Assembly (NCBI GenBank): GCA_905178155.1 | Contig: CAJINV010000009.1 | Coordinates: 1,961,373 to 2,025,372 of the forward strand | DNA: 64,000 nt | Reading direction: 5' to 3' | Source: Amoebophrya sp. A120 | Lineage: Eukaryota > Protista > Dinoflagellata | Part shown: positions 22,601 through 36,395 of the stretch, piece by piece | Position numbering within the stretch: position 1 is the first letter of the stretch | Layout: each line of letters opens with the position of its first letter | Translations under genes and position numbers: made by a program | The notes under the pieces: model-generated | Told to the model about the DNA's origin: nothing | Database searches by the model: none | Seen by the model: the letters and a program-made list of their open reading frames with translations, nothing else

Positions 22601-25600
22601 GTCCTCTGGGATCGTTGTTGGCGAGTTGTCCTTGGAGCTATTCGCTGGGCTGGTGATGGTCTCCGACCCCGTCATCAGGGTGTTTGTTCTGACCAACGGG
22701 TCGCTGGAAGTTTCCGGAGCGCCAGTGCCGCCGAGCAACGTTTGCAACACGAGCTTTTCGTACTTTCTAAAGTCCGTTTTCGTGATGATTCGGTTGGTCA
22801 GGAAGAAGTCCCGCGGGTTCAACTTCTTAATCGCCGCCTGAATGGCGGGGTCCTTGTCCCCCGAAAACAGGTCGGTGAACGTCCGCACCAATGTTGATGT
22901 TTCCGAGGGTGTCATGGAGAAATCGGCAATGACGCCCTGCGTCCTGACTGTCCTCTCGTTCAAGCAGGCGAAGGGGTGGAGCGGGTACAGACTTCCGTCT
23001 ATGAAGGCAAACTTGTACAAGTCATTCCATCGCTCGGTGTGCTTAATCAGGTGCACTTTCGGATTGTGCGGGAACTTTTTCTCCTGCAACAGCGAGAGCC
23101 AGTTGTGGAAATTTTCCGGATTGGCCACGGTGGCGGACAGTGCGATAAACGGACAAGGAATCAGCTGCATCGTCCGCTCCCATTGGGCACCGCCCTCAGA
23201 CTCACCGATACAATGAACTTCATCGAAGACAATGTATCGCAAGCGCTTGACCTGGGATAATTGATCACTGACCTCCTTCATCATCTCCCTTGCGTTGCCA
23301 AAAAACAAAGCAACTGCAAGTGGTTTTTAATTTTATGAGAGGTACATAGCTTTGGAAGGATGCAACTAATTTCTACTTGCAAGAAAAAAACTGAAGAATG
23401 CTTCTCACCCATTCGTGTTTTTCTGGACTGAGCAGGATGGTCTCCAGGATGTGCGGAATGGTAACCAGCACTTGCGTATTCACCCACTTTCCTTGCTCTG
23501 CTACACCGCCAGCACTGTTCATCTCACGCAAGAAGACGCCCAACAGCTCGTTTTTTGCATTAGGTGGGTAGTTTTTCGACGAAAATCGGGCGAAAATCTC
23601 GGCAGAGACCTGTGCGTGAGATCGGGAGGAATAGGAAGTGAAGTGTCAGTGTCGTGTGCAACATATTTATTAGCCTCGCTGAAGATTCTTGACGTTGAGT
23701 AATTTGTGTTGGCCTGTTGATGAGCCACAACAGTAACGCGTGAGCAAAAGCGAAGCAGTTGAATTATCCCGCACATCAAGATGAAGACTTACCTGATTCA
23801 CCAACGCTTTACTCGGAGCGACGTAAACCGCGATGCCTTCGTGGTCCGTGGACAAGACCTTTTCCATCGTGTAGTAACAGATGAACGTTTTTCCACTCGC
23901 GGTAGGCGCCACCACCAGGGCGGACTGATTGTTGTCGACCACCGTTAGCAAATCGCTCTGCCAGTCATCCGGCTTGAACAACACCCGCTCGTCTTTCCTG
24001 GTACCCACTTTGCGCTCCATGTACCTGCCATTAAAGGACAGCTGGAACGCCTGCTCGCCGCCCATCAGCGTCGGGCCCTCATAGGGGGTGATTTGGTCCT
24101 TGCCCGAGATCGCGTCCGACGTGATCTGGCGTGGGTCGACGTAGTAGTCATCGAGCTTGTCAGACCGCCGCGAGGTGACGGACAGCGACGACTTGGTTTT
24201 CTTCAGGTCGGCAATGTTGTCCTCCTTGTTGCTTTTGCCGCCGACACTAAGCTCCTTCTTGGTCAGTTTCTGCTTCGGCATTTCGGATTTCGTCTTCCGC
24301 AATTTGTCCTCCTTCTTGCTCTTCTTGTCGTCTTTTGCATCCTTTTTTGGATCCACCGAGTCATTGGGGCTGCTTTCGTCGCCTGCTTGCATCTCGGCCC
24401 ACTGCCGAAAAACTTTGGTCGCAGACTCGGGGAAGCCCAGCGCGATGAGAACCTCTTGGAGGAGCCGAATTCCCTTCCCCTCAAGGTCCTGCCCGTACTC
24501 CTTGAACACGGTGTGGCAGAAGTTGAAGATGTAGCAGACAAACTGCGCCATGCGCGGGCTCACCCCTTGCTGATTCTCGCCCAGGTCTTGAGTCTGTTGG
24601 AAATGATACAACCAGAGTTCCTTTTTGGATATTCATCTTCATAAGGTTCATCTTCATTCTTTTGTTCAGCATAAGCTGCAAGTAGCGCTACATATAAGGC
24701 GGGCACTGCATTATGTGGATTCATGATGTCTACACCGATGAAGCAACAAACTTTCGTCCATATTATTCTATGCATCTAAAAAAGCATGTACTAGTACTTA
24801 CCATGAACGTGTTTAGCGTTCCAGCGACAGAGAGCGTTTTGTCCAAACTCCCTGCTGATGATGCTGCTGATCCCGCCTTGTACAACGCGTTGGCACTGCT
24901 TCCGGCACGCGTGAGCACATCCCCAGACTTCAATTCGGTATTCAAGTTGACCTTCTTCAAAAACTTGCGGATGTGCCCCAGCATTTTGACAGCAATCTTC
25001 GTTCGGGCCTCTTTCGTCTGGAAGAACTTGGAAATCCCGTCTTTGAAGCCGGTAAAGTCGTCCACCACGGAGTACCGCGGGTACCCGGCCGCCATCTCCA
25101 GAAGGAGCTGCTGTACTTTGAGAAACGCGGTGACGCCCGTGCTGCTCGGGTTCAAGCCCTCTGCGTCCCTTTCCCACTGGACAAGACGCTCCTCGTCCTT
25201 CTTCTTGGCTTCCGCTATCGCTTTCTCCTCGTTTTTCTTGAGAAGTTCCTGTAGATAGTTGTGAGTGGAGCAAATTGTAAGCTGGAATGACCACCACATG
25301 CAGACACGACCCTCAGGAATGGATTGTGAGCGCGGATCAACTTCTATTTTATTGGTGCCACTTCGTTATAACGAACCAGTTGCGAAAGCGCAACATTGAT
25401 AGGCGAGGTCAATCTGCGGAATAATGGTACAGTAATCAATTTGATTTCAATAATATCAATGTGGGGTCGTAGAGATATATTAGAAATACGTAGAAATTAT
25501 AGAAATAGAAATTGCAACAGCCACTGGTCTGTACCATGTGCTTTTTGCTTTTGTTATCTTGCGCGGCTGCTAGTTTTTTCTCGTCCTGCAACATTTTCTC

Positions 25601-28206
25601 GTCCTTGACTAGAATGGGCTTGTGTAGTCCCTTCGATCCGGTCAGCGAATTAGCATAGTTCGAAATCGCCCGCACCGCCAGTTGCCGTGATCGCGCGGCG
25701 CCCTTTGCGAAGAATTCCAGGTCGGCCTTGGACAGGAACCCTTTCTTTTTGATGATCGCCGCCTTCCTCTCGCGCTCCTTCTTCTGCCCTCGGTTTTCCT
25801 CCATGTGTTCCTCGAAGCCGACGGACGAGACCGCGGTGCCAACCTTCCACCCGCTCCCGTCGAACAGTTTCGGCTCATCATCCAGGTCTTTCGGGGCGTT
25901 GGGATCCATGGTCTTTAGCTCCCTTTTGCTGAAGACAACCTAGAGAGATGACGTAATATAGTGAAGACACAATGTTGATGTTGTCTGCGATGGGCACACG
26001 CCAACGCAAACCGGAGAGGCAGTTCAAAGGAGTTCGATATATATTTTCGACACAGGTCGTGGTCGTCATTTTTCAAGTGAGCAAAAATAAAAAATGTAAT
26101 ATTTAGCACTAGTACCTCTTGCAGCAAGTCACTTTTGATTTCAGCAATCTCGGGCATGGATCGCATCCCTGGTGCTGCGGGAAGTTCTGGCGGTGCCTCC
26201 GAAAATTCTTCCAAATCGACAGCAATGGGCCAAAAAGCTTTGCAGTTCGCAGGGCAGGCGCCAGATGCAACAACGTAGTTTTCCCACATGTCCTGCAGCT
26301 TCTTCTTCAGATCCTTCGCAATGTCGAACACTTTCACGTCCACTTCGCTTGCCTTCTGCTGCAAAAGGAACCCCGCAACATGTCTCAACAAGCGTACATC
26401 GACGAAGTCCTGAAAGTCACACTGCTTCTCGATGTTCACGCCCTGCATGATGCCCGAGTCCGTCTCAAACGTGTCGCAACCGCTGTTCACTTGCACAAAG
26501 CTCTGCATCACCCCCGCACTGTATTCCTGGAATTTACCCACGATCGTCTCCAGTGTGTCGTCCAGGAACCCCTCGCCGTCCTCATCCGGCTCCCAGGAGG
26601 TGAAACACCGTTGGAGCAGGGGAAGTTCGTCCTTGAACAGGTTTGTCAAGACGAACGACTTGAAGATAAACAGCAAGCTCGTCATGAACTCTCCCTCCGG
26701 CGCATAGTCCTCGTTCTGTACGTATTCCTGAATCCAGTTCAGCAACACGGCGGTGGAAAACGGAATACTCAGCTGCTTCATGCACGAAACGATGGTCGCC
26801 ACCTTCTCACCGCTTTCCTGGACGTCCTCGTGTTCTACCGGGTACAGTAAACTACACTTCGGGACGTTTTCTAACAGCAACGGGCTGCTGGGCCCCAGAA
26901 TGCTGGTGCCGGACAACGTCTTTTCGGCCAGCGCGCTGCTGCTGCTCACCTCATCGACGTCCTCCACCTCCATGGGGCTGGACGCCGACATGGTCTTTGC
27001 GCCGAGCGCAGACGCTTGCCTGTTTTCGTTGTGAGTGTCGTAATCCTTGTCGTAAATCCTTGCCATGTAGTCCGCCAGTAAGCGGCAGTTGTTCTCCAAA
27101 CCGAGCGTGAAGCACATGATCCGGTGGCCCTTGTGTTCCAGCCCGTGGAGATGCGCGACCGGGAGCTTGTGCCGCAAGCACTGAATCGTCAAGGATTTCA
27201 GCACCGGTTCCCAGTACTGCTGGACAAACTTGTCATCGATCTCCGGCTCGTTTCCCTTTTTCAGCTCCTCTTCCTCCGAGTCTTCCTCTTCCTCCTCTTC
27301 CCGGGCCAAGGCGTCGGTGAGAAACTCGTCGGAGAGGAGGAAAAACGACGGCCGCCACTCCTTTACGTGGGTAATGAAATCCTGGTCATACCAGGACTTG
27401 AACCGCGCCACGTCGAGCTTGCTGTGGTTCATGCAGTGCAGGAAGAACGCCTGTCGCAACAGCCAGAACGACTCCGCGGAGCCGGAGCCGGCGAGCTTGT
27501 GGAAGATTTGCTCGTAGCAGTCGAAGAAAATCAGCCGCATCGTGCGCCCCCCCGCGTCGCGAATGTGCCCGAGCACCTTCTCGAGTGCGTGAATGGCCGG
27601 GAGTGTCTGCGGCATCTGCGCAAACTTCGAAAAACCCACATTGTCCGCACTGGTACCCTGTTGATGGAGAGTTTTATCGATATTAAAAAATCATGCGAAA
27701 AGGACCTACAAGAACTACGAATGGGAAACATCAAGTTAGACTGAGTTCTTGTTTCATCTGGAGTACAAACACAAACTGAAACTATTCGTATTCAATTCAG
27801 GGGGTTGTTTAGCAGAGAAAAACAAAAAGACTCCTAGAAGTCCTACCTCCTTGTCCTTGTGCAGCAGTACATCCAATATGAGGGATTCCGCGGAGATAAA
27901 GTGCAAGCCCGTACCGCCTAGCTCGAGGATCAAGTTCAGCGTTCGGTGCTGGCAGTGGGTGTGATACTCTTCGAGCAGCGCGCGCGCCCCTTTCGCCAGG
28001 TTTCGATAGCCACCCTGGCCGTTGTTCAGCTCCTTCGAATACTCCCCAACAAGCTGCGACCACGACACGACCGAGGTCGCGGCGCCCAAGTCTTTTTCGC
28101 CCTGGTCGTCGCCATCTAAATCCTGGTCCGCATCCAAGTCCTGGTCATCGACTTCGACCTCGTCGATCTCAGACTCGATATCTTCGCCGCCGTCGAAGTC
28201 CTCCAT
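19613..28206 (-). CDS. DDX60-like Ski2-family DExD/H RNA helicase, multi-exon
   Basis: Motifs APTASGKT, YVAPSKALVNQV, DEVH, ALSAT, GIGMHN, ATGTLALGINMPCRSVVF and QMAGRGGRRGFDLLGNV. Canonical GT-AG introns (e.g. 27846-27658) and an in-frame exon VSAEIFARF...VLVTIPHILETILLSP at ~23410-23610. The start codon may lie further upstream. Confidence 0.88.
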
Positions 28207-29747
28207 GCTGGGCACTGGAGCTGGCTTTACTTGTGATTAAAAATTGGTGGTGGAAAATAGAAATTCGTCAAGAGGTGGTGCTTTCTGGATAAAAGGGGCA
28301 TTTATTTCGGTGCTGCTCGCACTCGCTGCAGTAGATACTTTTTTTCCTGCTCGCGTTTCCCGAGCCGGTGCTTTAGCTTTGTTCTGGAAAGACTTCCGGC
28401 ACTTCTTCCGTTGATGGTGGGTTCGTGCAACAACTTTTTTTGGCACTTGTACTTTATTGACGCTTGTTGTCGCTACTTAGCTTCTACAAAGGTTTACTCT
28501 ATTCTTCTTGGTTTGACTTGTGTGGTTCCAGATCCTAACTTAGCGCACCCTTATTTGCTTGTGCCACCTATTATACTTTTCAAACAGATGCTCAAGAACT
28601 CAAATTTGAATCATGTATGGAAACTGAATGCAATGAGAGGTAAACCTTAGCCCTTAGAATTTTCGGGCTGCGGAGCAAAATTATAGAGATTCTAATCCTA
28701 CTTGAATGACTTTTACTTGCAAGAGTAAAAGCTGCAACACTAGGAGGTTTCTATACTATCACTAGTAGTTGCAACAAGAAACTTTAATTGAGATATGAAA
28801 CGAAAATACGCGAGTAAAGTTTTCGGCCATTTGTCTAGGCAGGAGAGTATCGTCTAAATCATTGACTCTTTCTCTTTCCGTTTCCCTAGAGGCGTGCGAA
28901 ATTTACAACAAGTATTTCTGTACTGGTTTTGTGCAATTCTTCCAGGTGGTTCGTTCTATGACTATTTTATTGAAGACAACGACGACGGGTCTCAGATCAT
29001 CTTCTAGTTTGACAACTCTTTTACATATTATGTTGGTATCGGTATGAGATCTCGTTCTTGCCCTTAGGCACATCCAGATTTGAAGCTGGCTTTCCCGTCT
29101 GAGTTCATTTTTTTTTTTTTTCATTTCTTATTCTTTACTTTTTCAATATTGGAGTGCGCACGAGAAAAATGTAAATCAGGTATCTTATTATGCACTTCTA
29201 CAAAGCTGAAGCTTGAGGCTTGACAGTTCACGAAGAAGATCTATGTTCCTGTTCAGTTCGGGATTTTTTTCGTTTGATCTAGATCTTGATGACTCTACTC
29301 GTTTGACGAATCCTTCTAGGAGCGACTTTTGTTCGAGCATCATCACACGATACATCAGAGCGCATGAAAATCGTGAACAGTTCTCTTTTCTGTGGTCGTT
29401 AGCACTTCATCGAATACAAGCGCGAAAACGGATCGTGCAGAAACTGCCTGTAGTTTCGAGCATGCTCGTGCTCGTCGAAACTGCGCGTCAGTAGTTTTTT
29501 GTCTCAACCAAAAACTGCATCGACCAAAAATTGGAAACGTTGAAAAATATAGCCATTCGTGTCTCTGTTTTGTCGGTTGGTTTGGATTTGGAATGCGAAA
29601 ACAAAGTAAAAAGAGAGGAAACATGTGTATCAAATGTGTGTATCTTTGTGTTCTGCAGCGAACAACACCCTATCAAACTCAAAGCCTGTCCTCGAGGGCA
29701 CCAGCAGAAGCATAATTGTGCACCACAACAAACTACACCTTTCACTT

Positions 29748-32700
29748 TCACTTGAAGAACCCGTCGAAATTCACGCCGTTCTTCGCCATATCTTGCCGCA
29801 GGTGCGTAAACAGTAATATCATGTCGTCAAGACGCTCCTTGTGCGTCCCGGAGCATCTGCTCGGAACAGAACGCTTCCCCTGATATGAAAACGCAAACAC
29901 GCGGCGGCCGATCATGCGTCAGCCAGAATAGGCCCTCACTCCGTATCCATGACCACAGAGACAGATAAATCAATGTCTTCGGCGATCGACTAACTCTATA
30001 CATCAACTCATCTGGTGCTTGTGTAGTACGTTGGAACTATCATGCGCAGAAGCAACAGCTCCATCTGTCAGATTCAGGAATGCGGCACGACGTGCTGGCT
30101 AGAACAGCAGCGGCCACTGGGAGGTGTTTGCTTTATCATAGCCAAGAGGTGGGTCCACATGCAGCGAGATGGATGCATGGCCACACCCAGTACATGTTCA
30201 TCAGTCGGAGGAAGCCCATTGCCTCTAGCAATTGCACGCAGTAAACGTTGCTACCCAGCGAGTTCTTGAAGGTAGGGTCAAATGCGTGCCTGGTAGTTTA
30301 ATATGATTATTTCATTCCAAACAGAAAGAGAAAATGAAGCTTAAGTTGTAGTGTGTTGCCGCGAAGAAAAATTCACAAAGATTTGTTGACTCCTGCTCTT
30401 TTCGCCTCTCATCTCTAGTACCTGGTCGAGGCAGAACCAGAACAATAGCTATGGAGAGATTCATGTGAGTGTGCGTCTGGTGAGAGACTCATGACGAACA
30501 TCAACATTGTGTACAAGCTTACCAGTAGGTCGCGGTTTCAGTTTTCTCGGATTTCATGTACCTCAACGACTTCAAAATGTAGTTGACCGCCCGTTCGAAC
30601 GACTCCTGCGGCAGATTTCGGTACACCTTTCGCAAGCTCTTCCGGACCTGCAGCACATCCGTGCGAAACCTCCGATCCATGGGCCCGGTCAAACCGTCAG
30701 CGTCGAGTTGCGATTTTCTTTTTTTCTTTCGCCGCTTGCGTGCCGCGCCGCCTGCTCCTCCCGCGTTTTGCTGTTTCTTCTTCTTTTCCGCTGCAGCTTT
30801 GGCATCATCCGCGCCGTGTCCTTTGCCCCCACCTGCTGCGCCGCCCGTGCCACCGCCCGTCGGACTGCTTGGCCCACTCGCAGCTCCTGCGCCGAAGTTG
30901 GTTTGTCGGTGCTTCTCCACCGTCGTCAAGTACTTCGCGGGCAAAACCTGCTCGATCGCCATCGACATCATCTTCGCAAGGTCCAGCTCACTGGAAACCT
31001 GAAAGTGCTCGTCGTCGTCGTCGATTACAGGCGGTTTTGGAGCAGCGGAAGGTACAGGACCACCACCGCCTGACCCAGCGTTGTTTTCGACGTCCTCGTC
31101 GTTCACCACCTCCAAGGTGCTCAAATGGTCCAAAGCATCAAACGATTCGTCGCTGCTGAAGTCCTCGTTGCCGTCGCTCAGGTCGTCCGAATGCAGTTCC
31201 ACTTCCGACAAGTCGTCGTCGGACTCCCCGTCTTCCTTGGCCAGTTGCTTCGACAGGTATTGGGTCGCGTCCAAAAAGACCGGAATGTCCGACAACTGCC
31301 TCGCTTTCTGGTTCGAGGCGTTCTGCAGCAGCTGGTCGTCCGTTTTGTCATTCTTTTTCCCGGTTTTCAAGTGTCCGCCCTCACCCTCGTCCTTGTGCAT
31401 CGCGACGGACTCGCCCGACCCCGCGGCCGCGTTGAAATCGAGAGTGGGCGCCGCATCACCGGACGACTTCGCGGACAGTCTGCGCTCCATCTCCGCCACG
31501 TCCATGTCGTAGTAATCGAGGTCCATCAACTGCGTTATCCTGCTGATCTGCGGGTCTTTCTCCTGCAACTCGTGCAAGTGATACACCGCGATGAAAACCT
31601 CGAGCTTGACCGTGTTGCCGCCCTGGCGGAAAATGTTCCACATTTGCTTCTCGATGTGGTCAGGCAACGTGATGGGGATTTTCACGACGAAGTTCCGGAA
31701 CTCCGGCTCGGATAGGTACCCAGTGTCGCCGGTGTCAAACCGGTCGAAAAGGATTGGGCAGGTGGAGTAGAGCGGCTTCGTCGCGTATACGAGGAGGTAC
31801 AGGTAGAGATCCACTTCCGCGACGGCGATTTTTTCCGTGTACGTCGAAACGTCGCAGGTGGAGAGGAACATGAGGTGCTCGCGTTCCTCCTCGGAGAGGT
31901 TGTCTTTCGACGCAGGGTCCTCCAGTCTTTGCTTGGCTTCCTTCTGCACGATGTCGATGCCGGCCTTTTTCTTCTGCAGAAGCAAGGTGTTTTCCATCTG
32001 CCGGATTTCCGCAACGCGATCCTCGACGCCGAGAAAGTAGTAGCGGTCCGTAATGGAGTTAGACTTCGCCTTTGGATGATGCTTGGTGGACGAGGGCGAG
32101 GTTGTTACCTTCGAGGTAGAAGGTTCTGCAGCCGCTCCTCCGGATGGACCTGGTGCACCTCCACCGCTGGCCGAAGCTGATCCACCTTCCTTGCTGCTTG
32201 CCGTCGTTGCTCCTGCGTTTTCCTTGCTACCTGATGAGCTTGCTCCCGCGGTGGCCGGGTCAGCAGCTGCGGCGGTCGCGTCCTTTATCGCGTTTTTCAT
32301 GCCTCCGCCGGAATCCTGTTGGTCTCCGTCATCGCCAAAGGTTAAGCCAATTGCCGCCATCTCCTCCTCCTGTTTCTGCTTTTTCTTCGCCTTCTCGACA
32401 TTTTCTTGCTCTTCCGCCAGCAAGCGCCATGCCATGGTGAGCCCGCCCATCTTGAAGGACGTCAAACTCGGCATTTTCAACGGGTTCCGGTCGACCAAAA
32501 CTTCGTTCAGGTTGTCCTTGATCTTCAAGATCGAAAACGGGAGCTTCTCCAGCTGGTTCTGCACCAACCGAAGTTTCTCCAACTGGACACACCCGCCCAG
32601 TCCGGAGGGCAACGACGTCAAATTGTTGAAGGAGAGAAACAGTTTTCGCAGCTGCTTGGCGTTCTCGATCGACTCTGGGAGCGTTTGGAGGTTGTTGTGA

Positions 32701-33586
32701 TCCAGCAGAAGAACTTGCAGCACGAGTTTGCACTTTCCGAGAAACAAACTTTCCGGCAGCTGCACCAGTTTGTTCTCTGACAGGTCCAGATACTCCAATT
32801 TGCTCGTGTAAAACGCGAAGTCCTGGGGGAGGAAAACCAGTTGATTTCCCTTCAAGTTCAACACAGAAAGGTTGGCAAACCGTTCCGCGGCAAAAGTCCT
32901 CGGCTCGATGGCCTTGATTAACCCATTATCGAGATGGAGCTCCTCCAAGTACTCCACCTGGCCAAGCCGCATGTCCACTGTTTTCAACGCATGGCCGCTT
33001 ATTTTCACAATCCGCAGGTCATACATCTCGGTGAGCCGCTTGGGAAGGGTATTCACCCCGCATTTCGTGATCTCAATGGTGTGCACCTTGGGGAGCTCGG
33101 AAATGGCCTCCACCATGTCGCTGCTGAAGTCTTTTTTCTTGTTCTCCGCGCGGATGCGGAGCAATTCTTGAGTTACCTGTGGGAAAACATGAGTCGTACT
33201 AGTCGTGCTAGAGCTAGTCGTAGGCAAAAACAACGAACCACGGGTCCACCAAAACGAAAGTCTCAAGTGTTAAAAAAACGGGACAAACGCATGACATCCT
33301 TCGAGAAGTGAGAAAAGCTATGACTCTTGACCGCCAGGCGATGATCTTCTTTACCGTGTTGCCATCCCTGGTCACCTGCACCCGCAAGGGTGCCATGTAC
33401 GGTGCCAGCGCAATGGTGGAGGCACCTCCCTTCTTCTTCTCTGTGGCCTTTTTTGCCGGCTTCTTCTTCGCGGTCTTGTCTTCGTCCGATTCGTTCCCAG
33501 AATCCGCATGCTCGTCCTTGAACCGACCGAAAAACTTTGCGCAAAACATCGGCATCTTGCAACTCTTTCAAGAAAGACGGCTTCAA
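29748..33586 (-). CDS. Leucine-rich-repeat protein with EF-hand and possible C-terminal PUB-like region
   Basis: About 9 LxxLxLxxNxLxxLP repeats; EF-hand FDRFDTGDTGYLSEPEF; downstream exons HAFDPTFKNSLGSNVYCVQLLEAMGF (~30140-30289) and ...NFDGFFK* ending at 29748. Last-exon boundaries are tentative. Confidence 0.8.
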
Positions 33587-34685
33587 GAACGTGAAGATGA
33601 AAAAGAAGAACCGTCCGAGATGAGTACTTTACTTCATCAAATAGTTCAAATCTCTATCAGCAGGCTTGCTACTGTTGATTCATTTTCATGATACTGGATC
33701 TTTCAGTTACTTTCGCTTTGTTTGGCAACCTCGATCAACATGGCGGCCCTGCAAAGTTGGTATTGATCTTTCCGAAGCGCTTTTCTCTGCTGCAATTCGT
33801 CAGCAGCTGCAGCGCCGAGGTTATCGGTCAAATCGTTGCCCGATGGTCGCTCGTATTCATGTTCTTGAAAAGATACAGAAGATCTTCATCTTCCTGTGAA
33901 GACACCACTGTCACTTGTCGACGCACGATGAAACCAAGGAGGTAGCTGTCGAAGAACATATTACTTGTTGGTGGATGCATCGCCTTGCAGTCGTGGTTTT
34001 GCCGTCGTGGCGATGATTGTGCATTTAGTAGAAGTCGGGTTGTGCAACTGAATTGTATTTCAACATACCGTGCGAGGAATAGCACGGACGCTGTTGTGGG
34101 TAACAACAACTTCCGTGGCTGCGTGGCTCTTGGGGAGCCGTGTCATGCATGTATCGAAGGAAAAATCAAAATGTTGGGAAATGATGTTAGAATACTTGAT
34201 TGAACAAGTTGTTGAGTATTAGTCAGTGTGCTGGGTAAGCTCGTATGGAAAGCCATCAAACTGCGCAAAAGCGCTAACAATTTGACTGACTGCATATGCA
34301 TATCCTGGAAAATACCGTCCGAAAACAGCATCAGGAAACTTGAATTTAAGTTGAGGTTGGAACACAATGAAAAACTGAGTTTGCTGGAAAAAATAAGAAA
34401 TTCAAAAAAAAGATAAGTTTATGTTGGTGTGAGAATATTTCTGAAAGACAAAGAAAAAGAAAGAACAGAAACCGCAATGCGAGTGCTACTTTCCTACACA
34501 AGCATGCTGCTTATCTTGAAGATTCGATGTCAAAACGGCAAAGGCCAACTACGGGTAATTCCGTTGTCTGTAAATCATGGAACTTATGTGCAACATGAAT
34601 GGGGAGGGACCAAAAAGAGGCGGGGCTACCACCAAGCATTGTGAAAAAGAACGAGAACCCATGAAAGGTCACATCGTATTTTTAC

Positions 34686-35860
34686 GTCATGACAATCGTG
34701 GACCGGCTCTTCTTCTTGTGTTTTTTCAGAATGTTGGTGGTGGCCTTGGTCAAAATTTCTCCGATGCTGGTGACTCGGTTCTGGATTTCAGTAACGTCAG
34801 CGGTTTGCACGTCGCCGGGGGCGGCGCCCGCAGTGGTAATGCCGTCGTCGTCGCCCATTTTGGTCTCTTCCATCTCCACCAGCTCCACTTCTTCCCCGGT
34901 GGCCGTGGTCAGCTTCTTGGACGACACAATCCGCTGCTGGTGGTTTTTCGGACCCTGCGGGGGCCCGGCAACATTTAGAAACGAACCTTCGGCAACATCC
35001 TGTTGGCCTGGTGCGGCTGCGTCCTTCCCGTCGTCCTGCGTGGAGGTGCTCACTTTCGACGCGGTACCAGCCGGAGCCGCGGCAGCCGCTTTGATCTTCC
35101 TGTCAGCTGCGCCGTCTACACGCGCGGGGTAATTCCCGTCTTCGTCGTGGTGCGCGATGTTATTGTACTCGTCCTCTGAGTTCGAGTACAAATCATCTTC
35201 ACGGACAACTTTCGTTCGCTTCATGTTCAGCAGCGTTTTCTTGGCAGCAGCGGAGGCGGGAACAGTGGTGCCAGTTCCAGCAGGGGAGCTTTTTGGTGTT
35301 TTGACCGGCACACTGCTTGTAGTTTTCGTCTTCACGGGCGGTTTGTTGCTCTTCGCCGCCTGCTGCACAATTGGGTCCTCGGACGACTCCTCTTCGTACA
35401 GTTCGTAGTCGTCGTCGTAAACCTGGTGGTACAGGGACGGAAAGAGAACGCGAAGGAAAATGCTCAAGGTCAGCGCACCAAAGAACACACCGAAAATAAT
35501 GTGCAAGGGATTCCACGACCTGATGAAGGAACACGTTTTGCAATTTTTGGTCTTTTTTGGTTGATAATTTCTCCGTCGATGTAGTCGTAGGTAGATTATT
35601 TGTGAGTATTCATTGTTGACGCAAAAAAGAGCTGGCTGCAAAGATGTAGATGCGTCTTTTTTCTGCCGTTCATAGCGATGCTGAAACTGAAAAACGAAAT
35701 TAGCAACCAAGAGTAGAGAAAACAAAAGTGCTGCTTACTTGAAAAGTGGCTCCCGCTTCTTCTTCTGCCCCCCAAACATCATTTCCTCGTCGTCGTCGCT
35801 TTTGCTCCGCAGTCCGCGCAGGCGGCCCTGTTGCTGGTTGTTCTCGAAGTCGGGCAGCAT
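34686..35860 (-). CDS. Acidic low-complexity exons; probable 5' end of the LRR gene or a separate gene
   Basis: ATG at 35860, exon ending CAA|GTAAGC near 35738, acceptor CAG|GTTTAC at ~35421, then coding-like YDDDYELYEEES...KKHKKKS. Confidence 0.55.
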
Positions 35861-36395
35861 GGGTGCAGTCTTCTATCTAGAAGCGTACAAGATCACGAAG
35901 TAACGCAACGAAGAAAAGGACTCAGCAACGCTTTGTAATACAAAAGCAAGTTCAAGCTGTCGTGCAATCGCAACAAGCAATTAGTATTTTGAAAGTCGAA
36001 GTTATACTAGCCTTCTTGTACAGCAAGTATATTACAACACGAAATCTAGATTTCTACTCGTATGCAATGTTTTTGGACAGCAGGTAGAGCAGGTAATTAT
36101 TCGTGAAGTAGGTTCGGTTGCTGGATGTGTTTGTAGCGAGGAAGAAGATGAGTTTTCCAACACTTTTACCTGATGGGACAATTTCCGGTAGTTAGAGTTT
36201 TGAAGATGACTGGAGACTTTCATGATTCAAGCGCGTGCGGACGACAATGTGAACGAAAACTCACACAAGGTCAAGGATGAACGACGATAATTATGTGTAG
36301 ACTCAACGACAGGACGAGAGCTTAGACGAAGTGAAACTGAAACCACGACGATGCAATAATTTGACAACTGCTTCTAGTATCTACCTGTACTTGCC

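Noticed and set aside
21072-22841. Long plus-strand ORFs (589 aa here; 534 aa at 46817-48421 and others)
   Set aside because: Antisense shadows of codon-biased minus-strand genes.
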